Shown: positions 19,996 through 29,950 of the stretch, one piece after another
How the letters are laid out: each line of letters begins with the position of its first letter
Position numbering within the stretch: position 1 is the stretch's first letter
Source: an uncultured bacterium
GTDB lineage: Bacteria; Chloroflexota; UBA5177; JANWHV01
Length of the DNA stretch: 64,000 nucleotides
Reading direction: 5' to 3'
NCBI GenBank assembly: GCA_963827235.1
Contig: CAWHAE010000016.1
Location: 832,001 to 896,000 of the forward strand
Translations under genes and position numbers: made by a program
The notes under the pieces: model-generated
Databases searched by the model: none
What the model was told of the DNA's origin: nothing
Seen by the model: the letters and a program-made list of their open reading frames with translations, nothing else

Positions 19996-20120
19996 GGAGA
20001 ATTCTCCCCTTGGTCGTACCGATCGTCGCCGGTTGTCTCCCCCACGCCCGCCAGCTCACACACTACCGCGGCGAGCAGCAGCACAAGGAGAATTATCGGG
20101 TACCACCAAACGTACACCAT
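19983..20120 (-). CDS. Putative small single-TM protein (45 aa)
   Basis: MVYVWWYPIILLVLLLAAVVCELAG...; its TGA overlaps an in-frame ATG of the next gene (ATGA at 19986-19983). Confidence 0.35.
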   Translation of the reverse strand: MVYVWWYPIILLVLLLAAVVCELAGVGETTGDDRYDQGENSPCIA

Positions 20121-20219
20121 CGCTGCCGCAAGGAAGCTGGAGGCGTGCACTCCAGCTCGCCACGAGGGTCATGGTGGTCGTGCTCCGCGGGCACAAGCCA
20201 ATCGCAAGCGGCATCCCGT

Positions 20220-20441
20220 CTAGTCAGCCTTGATAGCGGTCGCGTCGGTGGGCGCCGGAGGTCGGCCGCGCCGCGGCATGGGGCCTGTGCCATCCGGCAG
20301 TCGTCGGGCCTCGGCCAGCGACCGCCGCAGGAGGAACTCTATCTGCGCGTTGGTGCTGCGCAGCTCGTCGGCTGCCCATCGTGCCAGCGCGTCGTGCACG
20401 GCGGGGTCCAGCCTCAGCAGAATCGTCTTGCGTTCAGCCAC
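20220..20441 (-). CDS. Arc/ribbon-helix-helix DNA-binding protein
   Basis: MAERKTILLRLDPAVHDALARWAADELRSTNAQIEFLLR; such proteins are typically found downstream of SPFH genes. Confidence 0.85.
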   Translation of the reverse strand: MAERKTILLRLDPAVHDALARWAADELRSTNAQIEFLLRRSLAEARRLPDGTGPMPRRGRPPAPTDATAIKAD

Positions 20442-20451
20442 GTCTCTCTGC

Positions 20452-21192
20452 TCACTGGTAGAGCGTACCGGTGTTGACCACCGGCTGCGTCGCCTGCTCG
20501 CTGCACAGCACCACGAGCAGATTCGAGACCATCGCGGCCTTGCGCTCCTCATCGAGCTCGACCACTGCCTCCTCCTCCAGCCGGGCGAGGGCCAGGCGGA
20601 CCATGCCCACCGCGCCGTCCACGATCCGCTGGCGCGCGGCCACGACCGCCTCGGCCTGCTGGCGCCGCAGCATCGCCTGGGCGATCTCCGGCGCATAGGC
20701 GAGCCGCGTGAGCCGCGACTCGACGACTCCCACGCCGGCCGGCGCCACGCGGACGGCAATTTCCGCCGATAGCTCGTGGGTGATGTCCTCCGCGTTCTCC
20801 CGCAACGAGACCTTCCCCGTTTCGCGAGCGTCATACGGATAGGACATGCCGATGTGCCGCACGGCGGTCTCCGCCTGGATGCCGACGAATTCCTTGAAGT
20901 CGTCGACGTCGAACACGGCGCGGGCCGTATCCCGCACCTGCCACACCACCACGGCCGCAATCTCGATAGGGTTGCCATCGGCGTCGTTCACCTTGAGCAC
21001 CGGCGTCTCGTGGTTGCGAATTCGGGTGGAGAGCATGCGCCGGGTGGTGAACGGGTTGACCCACTGCAGGCCGGGCGTGCGCACGGTGCCGGTGTAGCGG
21101 CCGAACAGCTGCACCACGCGTGCCTGGCCGGGACCGACCGCGATCAGCCCGCGCAACACGAGAGCGCCGGCGAGAAACATGAGGGCGTCCAC
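20452..21192 (-). CDS. SPFH/band 7 domain protein, probably 5'-truncated
   Basis: [56 protein letters not shown]. No RBS; abuts the lacI promoter. Confidence 0.85.
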   Translation of the reverse strand: MDALMFLAGALVLRGLIAVGPGQARVVQLFGRYTGTVRTPGLQWVNPFTTRRMLSTRIRNHETPVLKVNDADGNPIEIAAVVVWQVRDTARAVFDVDDFKEFVGIQAETAVRHIGMSYPYDARETGKVSLRENAEDITHELSAEIAVRVAPAGVGVVESRLTRLAYAPEIAQAMLRRQQAEAVVAARQRIVDGAVGMVRLALARLEEEAVVELDEERKAAMVSNLLVVLCSEQATQPVVNTGTLYQ

Positions 21193-21198
21193 GATAGG

Positions 21199-21246
21199 TT
21201 GACAGTGAGACGACGTCTGGTGTAGAGTTGCCTAAGCGTTTAGGCA
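21199..21246 (+). promoter_or_regulatory. lacI-family gene promoter with autoregulatory operator
   Basis: TTGACA(21199)-N18-TAGAGT(21223), then palindrome TGCCTAAGCGTTTAGGCA (21229-21246). Confidence 0.8.
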
Positions 21247-21271
21247 CGCAGTGGCAAATGGAATGGCAAGC

Positions 21272-22300
21272 ATGGCGCGTGTTACATTGCGCGACGTCGC
21301 CGCAGCTTCAGGGGTCAGCATCTTCACTGCGTCGAAGGTGCTCTCCGGCCAGGCCGCCCGTGCGCGCATTTCCCCGGCGACCATGGAGCAGGTTCAGGCG
21401 GTCGCACACGAGCTTGGCTACGTGCCCAATCATACAGCGCGGAGCCTGCGTGCGAAGCGGACCGGCCAGTTGGGAGTCGTCCTCAGCTTGTTGGACGCCC
21501 GGAGCCCATCTTTGCTGCTTTCACTCGACGGCGGGTTGCTCGCCGGTTTGAGCGTCGCCGCGCGTGAATGCCAACTCCCCGCCATCGTGGTGTATCCGCA
21601 GCGAGAAGCTGCGGCTCCTCCGAACCCCTCACTGTACCTGGATGGCCGTATCGACGGCCTGCTCATCCGTTGCACGGCATCGGAGGAAGAACAGTTGCTC
21701 GAGCTGATTGATCCCGCACGTTTGCCACTCGTCGCCGTGTGGCTCCAAACTGTGCCGGATGGTGTAGGTTTCGTCGACGCCGATCACTACGGCGGGGCCT
21801 ATCGCGCCGTGCAACACCTGCTCGATCTCGGTCACCGGCGTATCGCGTTCCTGGGGCCGGCGGAGCTCGTTGCACTACATCCCCACTACCATGCGCGGTA
21901 CGCGGCTTATCGGGCCGCCCTGAAGGCCGTGGGCTCAGCCGATCTGGAAGCCTGGAATCTCGGCAGCATCGACGAGGTGCTGGCCCTGGTGCGCGCGTCA
22001 CCGCCGATCACTGCCGTGTTTGCGGCTACCGATCTCGATGCCGCGGAGCTCGCCAATGCGCTGGCAGCCAACGGCCTGCACATTCCTCACGACCTGTCGC
22101 TCGTCGGCTTCGACGACATAGTCGGCGCCGATGTGATTGCCGGCGGCCTGACGACTGTGCGACAACCGGTGCTGGAAATGGCAGTCCAGGCCGTGCGTAG
22201 TCTCCTGGCGCTGATCGAGGGCGCGGATGCCGAGACATGTCGCACCGTGCTGCCGGCACCTCTCGTCGTGCGACACTCGACCGCGCCTCCGGCAGGCTGA
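21272..22300 (+). CDS. LacI family transcriptional regulator
   Basis: VTLRDVAAASGVSIFTASKVL, LGYVPNHTARSL, LGHRRIAF, DLSLVGFDD, LTTVRQP. Confidence 0.95.
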   Translation: MARVTLRDVAAASGVSIFTASKVLSGQAARARISPATMEQVQAVAHELGYVPNHTARSLRAKRTGQLGVVLSLLDARSPSLLLSLDGGLLAGLSVAARECQLPAIVVYPQREAAAPPNPSLYLDGRIDGLLIRCTASEEEQLLELIDPARLPLVAVWLQTVPDGVGFVDADHYGGAYRAVQHLLDLGHRRIAFLGPAELVALHPHYHARYAAYRAALKAVGSADLEAWNLGSIDEVLALVRASPPITAVFAATDLDAAELANALAANGLHIPHDLSLVGFDDIVGADVIAGGLTTVRQPVLEMAVQAVRSLLALIEGADAETCRTVLPAPLVVRHSTAPPAG

Positions 22301-22560
22301 CCGGCGACGGCACGTGGTCCAGGCGCCGGGTATCTGCACCACGCCCCGGAATGTCCCACGAGCCTTCGCCTTTGACGGCTCGCCCTGGTCAATGTCGCGG
22401 CGACCATGCCGTCCATGGGCAGTCCGCAGTCGGCGAGCAGCCTTGAAAGCGTCTCGTCGCACGCGGACTCATGAGGCGGCGGAGGCGCAAGGTGCCGGGA
22501 CCTCGCGCGTGAGTCGGCCAGATTGACTACGCGCCCACAACGCGCAACCACCCCAAGCTC

Positions 22561-22628
22561 TTGACAGCCGCCCACGCCAGTAGTAGAGTTGCATAAACGA
22601 TTATTCAGCGTGAGCAAACGATTAGGCA
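22561..22628 (+). promoter_or_regulatory. Promoter of the sugar ABC/glycosidase operon with two LacI operators
   Basis: TTGACA(22561)-N17-TAGAGT(22584); TGCATAAACGATTATTCA (22590-22607) and TGAGCAAACGATTAGGCA (22611-22628) match the operator at 21229. Confidence 0.8.
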
Positions 22629-23426
22629 GACGTGGCTTACTAAGGGACGTGCAGTCGTGACTACAGACGGCACGGCGCGCTCATGGTGATCAGATAGCTA
22701 GGATTCATCGTTGGAGAAACGTACGTCCCCAGGTCGGAGCGCGGGGCGTCATGCGGCGAATGTAACGTACCAAGCCGCCACCTCACTGGCTTTTGGCCGG
22801 AGCCCTGCCAGGTGAGACAGAATGAACGCCGCGACCTGCTGATTACCGGCGCGGCTGTTTCGGCCATCAACCGCGCTGTTCGCACACCAGCTTCCCCGTC
22901 ATGCCACTGCCTGCAGCGCATACGTCCACCTGCGGCACGCACGGCGCTACGATGCTCCTCTGCCGCACCTGTCGCGAGCAGTGCGGCCAGCCTAGGTACG
23001 CGATCGCGACACGGCTTTGGCGGACGGCATCAAACACTGGGACGACGACCGAGGCTGTTGGTTGCGCCCGCAGGCATCGGGCTCGCGACTGCGGTCCTGA
23101 CTGGGAACCACAAGCTGCCCGTCGTCGCGCGCGATGGCGCTCTCGCCGCGGGAGGAGTGGCACTAACTTGCGAATAGGGCTGCACCGCCGTAAACGCTGT
23201 CTTGGCCGGTCCACTCGATCGTCCACTGGCGTGAGACTCGGCGCAAGAGCGTCACGATCGGCACTGCCTCGAGTGCCGTTCTTCTGAGTCGCGCAGTGCC
23301 CGTGCAGGCAGCCAGGAGGGAAAGGAGGAGGCTTCATACAGGGTTTCGTCTCAGGGAGATTCGGGCTACACAATCAGCGCGCGCTCGGATATGCAGCGCA
23401 GTAATGCAGGTGTATGGAGATTTTCG

Positions 23427-24743
23427 ATGGCCGAAGATACCGAACGTCGATTGACCAGGAAAGACATGCTCAAAGTGCTGGGCACGGGCGCAGCCATGGC
23501 TGCAGCCGCCGGGACGAGGGTAACTGCCGCGGAAGCGAAACCCGTTGCGCCTAGCGTCATTCACGCCGCTCCCAAAGCAATCAACCTTCTTTGCCAGACC
23601 GCTCCGCAGACCGAGAGCCTGCGTCGTACCGGTCAGATCTTCCAGCAGCAGACTGGTGTCAGCGTCAACATCACCGAGGTGCCCTACAACAGTCTGCAGC
23701 CCAAGATGATGACAGAGCTGATCGCCGGCAGCGGCAAGTACGACGTGTTTCCGATTACCAACGCCATGATGTACCCAGCTGCCCAATATCTGGACGACGT
23801 CAGCGCCTTGCTCACGCCCGAGCTGCGCAAGGACCTCTCTCCCGGGTCAATCGACAGCTGCCGCGATTTGAGTGGTGTGCTGAGAGCGCTTCCGCTGCAG
23901 AATTCGCTTCCCGCCAACTTCTACCGCACCGACATCTACAAGCAGCACGGACTGACAGCTCCCGCGACCTGGGAGGAGTATCTCGCCGCATGCCAAGCGA
24001 CGACGCAGGCCTCCCGACGGATCTATGGCACGCTCATCGAGGCCAGCGCGGCCGCTCCCCAGCCCGCCGTAAAGCTCCTTGGCTGGTTCTACCAAAACGG
24101 CGGGCAGTTTGCCGACAAGAACGGCAAGCCGACCGTTAACCTCGATGCGAACGTCGAAGCTCTGCAGTTCATCGTCGACCTGGTACACAAGTACAAGGTC
24201 GCGGCGCCGCAGGCGGCCGAGATGACCTACGAGGAAGTGCATACCCAGTTCATCGAGGGCCGTGGCGCCAGCGCGATCAACTGGCAATACATGGTTTCGT
24301 TGGCCAGCGATCCCAAACAGTCGGTCGTGGTGGGCAAGTTCGACGTGGCGCCCGTACCCATGCATAAGGTCAAGGCGGTGAACATCGACACGTGGATGCT
24401 CGTGATACCGAACAGCTCGAAGAGCAAAGACGCCGCCATGAAGTTCGTGGACCTGGTGCTCTCCACCGATCGTCAGATCGACCTCCTGAAGTCCGAGGGA
24501 TTGGTAGCGCGCTTCTCCGCGATGGATCCCAAGAATCCCAAGGTTCTGGCCGCCAACCCGTTCATCGCGCCATGGCTTGAAGAAATGAAGTGGGGCGTGG
24601 CGCAGCCCAAGTGGAACAACCTGGGCGAGACATTCTTCCGCCTGTCAGCGGCCATGAGTAATGCGGTGACGCTCTCCATGACACCGAAGGCTGCGCTCGA
24701 TCAGGCACAGAAGGAGATAGTGGCTCTAGTCGAAAAGCATTAG
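23427..24743 (+). CDS. Sugar ABC transporter solute-binding protein, Tat-like signal
   Basis: RRLTRKDMLKVLGTGAAMAAAAG signal; FYRTDIY, APATWEEY, MTPKAALD. Confidence 0.92.
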   Translation: MAEDTERRLTRKDMLKVLGTGAAMAAAAGTRVTAAEAKPVAPSVIHAAPKAINLLCQTAPQTESLRRTGQIFQQQTGVSVNITEVPYNSLQPKMMTELIAGSGKYDVFPITNAMMYPAAQYLDDVSALLTPELRKDLSPGSIDSCRDLSGVLRALPLQNSLPANFYRTDIYKQHGLTAPATWEEYLAACQATTQASRRIYGTLIEASAAAPQPAVKLLGWFYQNGGQFADKNGKPTVNLDANVEALQFIVDLVHKYKVAAPQAAEMTYEEVHTQFIEGRGASAINWQYMVSLASDPKQSVVVGKFDVAPVPMHKVKAVNIDTWMLVIPNSSKSKDAAMKFVDLVLSTDRQIDLLKSEGLVARFSAMDPKNPKVLAANPFIAPWLEEMKWGVAQPKWNNLGETFFRLSAAMSNAVTLSMTPKAALDQAQKEIVALVEKH

Positions 24744-24765
24744 GATCGACGAAGCCCAACCGCGA

Positions 24766-24797
24766 TCGCGGTACGGTCCCGCGGGACCGTGCCGCGA
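24766..24797 (+). terminator. Stem-loop after the solute-binding protein gene
   Basis: TCGCGGTACGGTCC-CGCG-GGACCGTGCCGCGA (one G-U pair). Confidence 0.65.
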
Positions 24798-24811
24798 CTC
24801 TCGGCCCTGTC

Positions 24812-25828
24812 TTGCTCGGCTTAGTCGCCAAGTTGAACGGGAGACGCGTGGTGCATCAGGACTCCGCTTCGCACCCGGTACTGGACGGTCCGTCCGATCC
24901 TATCGCCGGCAGGTTCGGACGAGCGGGTATACAACGGTTCGCCGCGCGGCAGCGAGAAATCGCGCTCGGCTATCTTCTGGTCCTTCCAGCCCTTATCGTC
25001 GTTGCAATCATCTTGGTCTATCCAACCGCATACAACCTCGTAATCGCGCTGCACCAGTGGTCTTGGTCCTCACCGGCCGGTACACCCAAACCGTTTGTCG
25101 GGTTACAGAACTTTCAGGACATACTGTCGATGCCCCGATTCTGGAACTCCCTGCGCATCAGCGTCCTGCTCCTGGTGTTCGCCCTGGCCATCGAATATGC
25201 TCTAGGCCTGATGCTCGCGCTGCTCCTGAACCGACGCTTTCGCGGCCAAGCACTGTTCAGAGCGGTGTTCATGCTGCCGATGGTGCTCGCCCCGGTCGTG
25301 GTTGGCATTCAGTGGCGCTACTTGCTCTCGGGCGATTTCGGGGTGCTGAACTACCTGCTGCAGCAGATCGGCATAAGCAACCCGCCGGACTGGCTCTCCG
25401 AGCCTTCATTTGGGGTACCGATTCTCGTAACGGTCGATACTTGGGTGTACCTGCCGTTCGCCACGCTCATCCTGCTTGCAGGGCTGCAGCAGGTGCCAAC
25501 CGACGTGATTGAAGCGGCGGCACTCGACGGTGCTGGGGCATTGGCCCGCTTCCGGTACGTCATTCTCTCCTATCTCGGTCCCTCCTCTGTGCTGGTGTTG
25601 TTGCTGCGCGGAACGGCGATATTCCAGACCTTCGACATCGTCTATATCTTGACCGGCGGTGGTCCGGGCCAGTCTACCGAGGTCCTGGGTTTAATGCTGT
25701 ATCACATAGCATTCAGCGAGGGCAATATGGGGCAAGCGGCGGCAATGGCGATTATCATCGGACTTCTGGGAATGGCTCTTGGCACGGTGCTGGCCAACGT
25801 CATCCGGACGGAAGTGCGCCTGTTCTGA
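24812..25828 (+). CDS. Carbohydrate ABC permease (MalF-like)
   Basis: FVGLQNF; VPTDVIEAAALDGA; FDIVYILTGGGPG; start uncertain. Confidence 0.92.
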   Translation: MLGLVAKLNGRRVVHQDSASHPVLDGPSDPIAGRFGRAGIQRFAARQREIALGYLLVLPALIVVAIILVYPTAYNLVIALHQWSWSSPAGTPKPFVGLQNFQDILSMPRFWNSLRISVLLLVFALAIEYALGLMLALLLNRRFRGQALFRAVFMLPMVLAPVVVGIQWRYLLSGDFGVLNYLLQQIGISNPPDWLSEPSFGVPILVTVDTWVYLPFATLILLAGLQQVPTDVIEAAALDGAGALARFRYVILSYLGPSSVLVLLLRGTAIFQTFDIVYILTGGGPGQSTEVLGLMLYHIAFSEGNMGQAAAMAIIIGLLGMALGTVLANVIRTEVRLF

Positions 25829-25902
25829 TGCCATGTGGTCAATCTCTGGACTGGTGAGACTCGGAGCGAGCCAAACGGCATGATGTACGAAAGCAGAGGG
25901 AA

Positions 25903-26808
25903 ATGGTGACCGGCACTCGGGACCTTCGCCAACAGCGGCACCGCATGCTGCGGCTGAGTACCCGCGCGTTCGTGCAGGTCGCGTTCTATCTCGTGCTGAT
26001 CGTGTTCGCTGTAGTCGATCTGTTTCCCTATATCTGGGTTCTGCTCAACTCCTTCAAGTCGCAGCTCGAGATCTTTGCCTTCCCGCCGACCGGTCTACCG
26101 TTGCATCCCATCACCGATAACTACATGCAGGTGTTTGGCGTAGCTCCGCCTGGCCAGCAGCCGATTTCGGCCATCCCGTCCGGCCTGACGAACTCGATCG
26201 AGATCGACGTGGTCACGACAATAGCAGTGGTGATCATCGCAGCTCTGGCGGGCTACGCGTTTGCCAAACTCCGTTTCCCCGGACGAGGCTTTCTCCTGGT
26301 GCTGCTTCTCACCCTCCGCATGCTGCCCAGCATCGTCCTCGTCGTCCCGCTCTTTATCCTGGCGTCCAACACGCATACCTTCGATACCAAGCTCGGACTC
26401 TGCATTACCTACTCCGCGTTTAACCTGCCGTTCGCGGTCTGGCTACTCTCTGTCTTCTTCCAGGAGGTGCCGCAGGAGCTGGACGAAGCGGCACGGGTGG
26501 ATGGATGCAGCCGATTCTCCGTGCTGTACCGGATTTACGTGCCGCTTTCGCTGCCCGCTCTGGCGACGATCGCGATTCTCGTGTTTCTCAACGCATGGAA
26601 CGAGTTCCTGTTCGCCGTCGTGCTTACCTCCAGCTCGGCCTCGGCTACGGCGCCCGTGGCGCTGGCGGCCATGCAATCCGCCTTCGATACACGCTTTTCG
26701 GTGATGACGGCCGGGGCAATTGTGCAAACGCTTCCCGCCGTCATAATCGTGATCTTTGCCCAACGCTACATCATTCGCGGGTTGACACTCGGCGCCGTCA
26801 AGGGCTAG
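25903..26808 (+). CDS. Carbohydrate ABC permease (MalG-like)
   Basis: VPQELDEAARVDG; AWNEFLFA; RGLTLGAVKG. Confidence 0.93.
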   Translation: MVTGTRDLRQQRHRMLRLSTRAFVQVAFYLVLIVFAVVDLFPYIWVLLNSFKSQLEIFAFPPTGLPLHPITDNYMQVFGVAPPGQQPISAIPSGLTNSIEIDVVTTIAVVIIAALAGYAFAKLRFPGRGFLLVLLLTLRMLPSIVLVVPLFILASNTHTFDTKLGLCITYSAFNLPFAVWLLSVFFQEVPQELDEAARVDGCSRFSVLYRIYVPLSLPALATIAILVFLNAWNEFLFAVVLTSSSASATAPVALAAMQSAFDTRFSVMTAGAIVQTLPAVIIVIFAQRYIIRGLTLGAVKG

Positions 26809-26858
26809 AGACTTGACGATGACCATGAGGCAACCGTCAGAAAGGAAGTGAGTGAGCG

Positions 26859-28829
26859 ATGCCCGTTGGCGTCCACCTCGACCGACGAGGAATAGTCTTC
26901 GACGACACCGGCGAATGCCTGCCGCTCTACAGCGGGGCAGTGCACTACTGGCGCCTGGACCCGGCAAGCTGGCGACTCATCTTGACGCGGGTCCAAGATC
27001 TCGGGTTCCGCTGCATCGAGACTTACGTGCCATGGTCGGTGCATGAGGTAGCGCCGGGTGAGTTCGATTTCTCTGGTCATCGCGACGTCGACGCCTTTCT
27101 TCGGCTCTGCGGCGATCTCGGGTTGTACGCGATCGTACGTCCCGGACCGCACATCAACGCCGAGATCACGTACTTCGGCTATCCCGAGCGAATAATCTCG
27201 AACCCCGCGAATCAGGCGAAGACCGCATCCGGCGGGCCGTCGATCCTGGGCGTGCTGCCCACGCCATTTCCAATTCCCAGCTACTGTCCGCCCTCGTTCT
27301 TCGACGAAGTCCAGATCTGGTTTGATGCCGTCTGCCCGATCCTCGCCCGTCACCAGTATCCTGATGGCCGTGTCGTCCTGGTACAGGTCGACAACGAGCT
27401 CTCGTACTTCTTCAAGCTGACACCCTACGATGTCGACTACCACCCTGCTGCCCGAGCCCATTACCAGCAGACACTGCGCGATCGCTACGGCGACATTGCC
27501 ACGCTCAACGCGGCCTACGGAGCTGAGTACAGTGCCTTTGACGCAATCGATGCCCCAGACGACTTCCAGGCCACAGACGCGCGCGAGCTGCCACGGTACC
27601 TCGACTGGGCGGCTGCCAAGGAACGGTACATTTCCGACGGCCTGATGCGGGTTCGGGACATGCTCCGCGCGCGAGGCATTGACCGCGTACCTCTCTTTCA
27701 TAATGCGCCGCGCGAGCACCGCATCGTGCCGTTCAACCAGGTGCAGATCGAGCAGGTGGTCGACGTCCAGGGCATCGATTCTTACCACTATGCCGAGGAG
27801 TACGACACGGTAAAGCGACTGTGCCTGTACCTGGCAGGCACCTCGCGGTTGCCCTTCATTCCGGAGTTTGGGGCAGGCACCTGGCTTGCGGGCCGGATGA
27901 TCACCGAATTGGACGCCGAGACCTGCGCACTGTGCGCCCTCATGCATGGTGTGAAGGCGTTCAACTACTACATGCTCGTGGAGCGCGAGCGCTGGCTTGG
28001 CTGCGCCATCGGACGACGCGGCGACGTGCGCGAGCCAGAGGCAGGCTTCTTCCGCAAGTTGCTCCGGTTCCTTGAGACCAGCTCGTGGTCAGCCCTCGAA
28101 CGGAAGACTGACGTTCTCCTGCTTTACGCGCGAGACTACGAGCGCCACGCCTTCGCGGCCCGTCTGTTCTCGCCACCGCTCTTCTCGTATCTGCTTGGGC
28201 CATTCTCCGGACTTGGCGACCATGAAGCCTTCGCGGACAAGGACCTGGGCCTTGGCTGCATCGTTCCTCGCGTCTTGCGCGAGTGGTGGAACGGCTGCTA
28301 CACCGCGCTGACGGAGTCGCACTTCGGCTTCGCGCTGGGCGACACGGAGTGCGACACAACTTGGCTGCAGTCGTACCGTACCGTGGTATGTCCCGGCTTT
28401 GCCTATCTCTCTCGCCCTGTGCAGGAACGGCTCGCCGCTTACGCTCAGGGAGGTGGCACGCTGGTCATGGGACCGGAGCTGCCCAGGCTCGACGCGCTAA
28501 TGCAACCGTGCGACCTGCTCAAGCACGTTCCCGCGAGCCGGTTGCACGTGTTACCCAAGGGAGCTGAGATCGCGGCTACCCTCACGGCACTGGGCGTTCA
28601 GCCCGCCGCGGTGGTCGACAATCGCCACGTTGACACGGTCCTGTTCACGGCGCCGGGGCGGACCGTCGTCGTTGCGGCCAACACGACTGATACTGTGCAG
28701 GCCTATAGCCTCTCCGTCTCCGGCGCGCGCCAACTGCGAGGCGTCTGGCAGAGTGGTGTCCTGGCCGGCAACGGCGTGTTTCATGACGCGTTGCCGGCAT
28801 ATCGCATCCACGTATGGGAGGCCGAGTGA
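26859..28829 (+). CDS. GH35/GH42-like beta-galactosidase family glycosidase
   Basis: SGAVHYWR, IETYVPWSVHE..PGEFDF, VRPGPHINAE, QVDNE (acid/base), IPEFGAG (nucleophile); trimerisation-like C-terminal domain. Confidence 0.87.
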   Translation: MPVGVHLDRRGIVFDDTGECLPLYSGAVHYWRLDPASWRLILTRVQDLGFRCIETYVPWSVHEVAPGEFDFSGHRDVDAFLRLCGDLGLYAIVRPGPHINAEITYFGYPERIISNPANQAKTASGGPSILGVLPTPFPIPSYCPPSFFDEVQIWFDAVCPILARHQYPDGRVVLVQVDNELSYFFKLTPYDVDYHPAARAHYQQTLRDRYGDIATLNAAYGAEYSAFDAIDAPDDFQATDARELPRYLDWAAAKERYISDGLMRVRDMLRARGIDRVPLFHNAPREHRIVPFNQVQIEQVVDVQGIDSYHYAEEYDTVKRLCLYLAGTSRLPFIPEFGAGTWLAGRMITELDAETCALCALMHGVKAFNYYMLVERERWLGCAIGRRGDVREPEAGFFRKLLRFLETSSWSALERKTDVLLLYARDYERHAFAARLFSPPLFSYLLGPFSGLGDHEAFADKDLGLGCIVPRVLREWWNGCYTALTESHFGFALGDTECDTTWLQSYRTVVCPGFAYLSRPVQERLAAYAQGGGTLVMGPELPRLDALMQPCDLLKHVPASRLHVLPKGAEIAATLTALGVQPAAVVDNRHVDTVLFTAPGRTVVVAANTTDTVQAYSLSVSGARQLRGVWQSGVLAGNGVFHDALPAYRIHVWEAE

Positions 28830-29632
28830 TGCTCAGTCCGCAGGTCGAATGGTTCGACATCGATCCGGTCCAATGGCACAACATAAGCTCCCTACTCTAT
28901 GGACCCCAGCGGCGACCGACTTATCTGTATGGCGTGCTCGAGCAAGGCAGCCCCGTGGCGCTGGTGCACTCCCGCCAGGGACAACTCGATCTGAGCTTGT
29001 GGCCACGCGATGCTCACTCGCTTCAGGAAGTCGCCGTGCGCCTGCGAGAACGGACCCAGGTCGACCAGGCAATCATCCTGGAGCGTCAAGCGGTGCGCGA
29101 TCTGTGGGACCAGCAGCAGCAAGCCTGGGAGCCGGGCGATGACTTGGCCGGGTTTGTCGCTCGAATGCGTATGCTGGCTGCCCAGATGCTCGACGCGCGA
29201 GCCGCGTGCGAGCCGACCGGAGCTGTGCTGAGCGACTATCGCCAGGTGGAGTACTCGGCCATGTTTGATCTCTTGCGCCGGGGCGCGGGTGCTGCGGGCA
29301 CCTTTGTCGTCGGTGTCTACGACGGTGACATGCTATGGTTCAGCCTAGCAGGGCAATTGGCCGATGGAGAAATCGTTCTGCTGACAACCAGCCTAGGGTT
29401 GGCCGATCCCGGAAGTGCTCCGCCTCGCAAGACTCGGATAGAGGCGTATCGCTGGCTACTGGAGGCGTGTGCCCGGCGCCTGGGGCCTCCCAGCCTCGGC
29501 GTATTTCTAGACATCGAGGTGGCAAGGATGCTTCCGTTTAGCGCCGACCCGGCTCGCGCCCTGCGCGAAGGCGTGAAGAGTGGCCTGGCCCTTATCGAGC
29601 CGGGGCCGGCCGCGTTGCGCAGCGGTGAGTGA
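28829..29632 (+). CDS. Hypothetical protein coupled to the glycosidase
   Basis: TGATG stop/start overlap; 267-aa globular-looking ORF; no motif recognised. Confidence 0.75.
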   Translation: MLSPQVEWFDIDPVQWHNISSLLYGPQRRPTYLYGVLEQGSPVALVHSRQGQLDLSLWPRDAHSLQEVAVRLRERTQVDQAIILERQAVRDLWDQQQQAWEPGDDLAGFVARMRMLAAQMLDARAACEPTGAVLSDYRQVEYSAMFDLLRRGAGAAGTFVVGVYDGDMLWFSLAGQLADGEIVLLTTSLGLADPGSAPPRKTRIEAYRWLLEACARRLGPPSLGVFLDIEVARMLPFSADPARALREGVKSGLALIEPGPAALRSGE

Positions 29633-29950
29633 TCACTGCCGATCGGCCGCATCTGGCCGCGTGCTCCTGACCGCAGAGCATCGGTCGCCACGACGGTCGT
29701 CGCTGGATGTTCTCTGCCTGCCCGCCGTTCCGTGCGATCCATTGAAACTAGAGGCCCGGAGAACCGAGACGGTCCTCCGGAAGCACTCGGCTGGACACGG
29801 CAACCTTTGCGCTATATAGTTGTGCCAGTATCGTCTTGGATATCGTGACCTGAGCCGCGAGGCCCAGTGTGTCGCGAGTGACCGGCGTCGGTGAACTGCC
29901 GTCGGCGGAACTTGGCGTCCATAAGGGCCGAGCTCCGGACAAGCTGGTGC

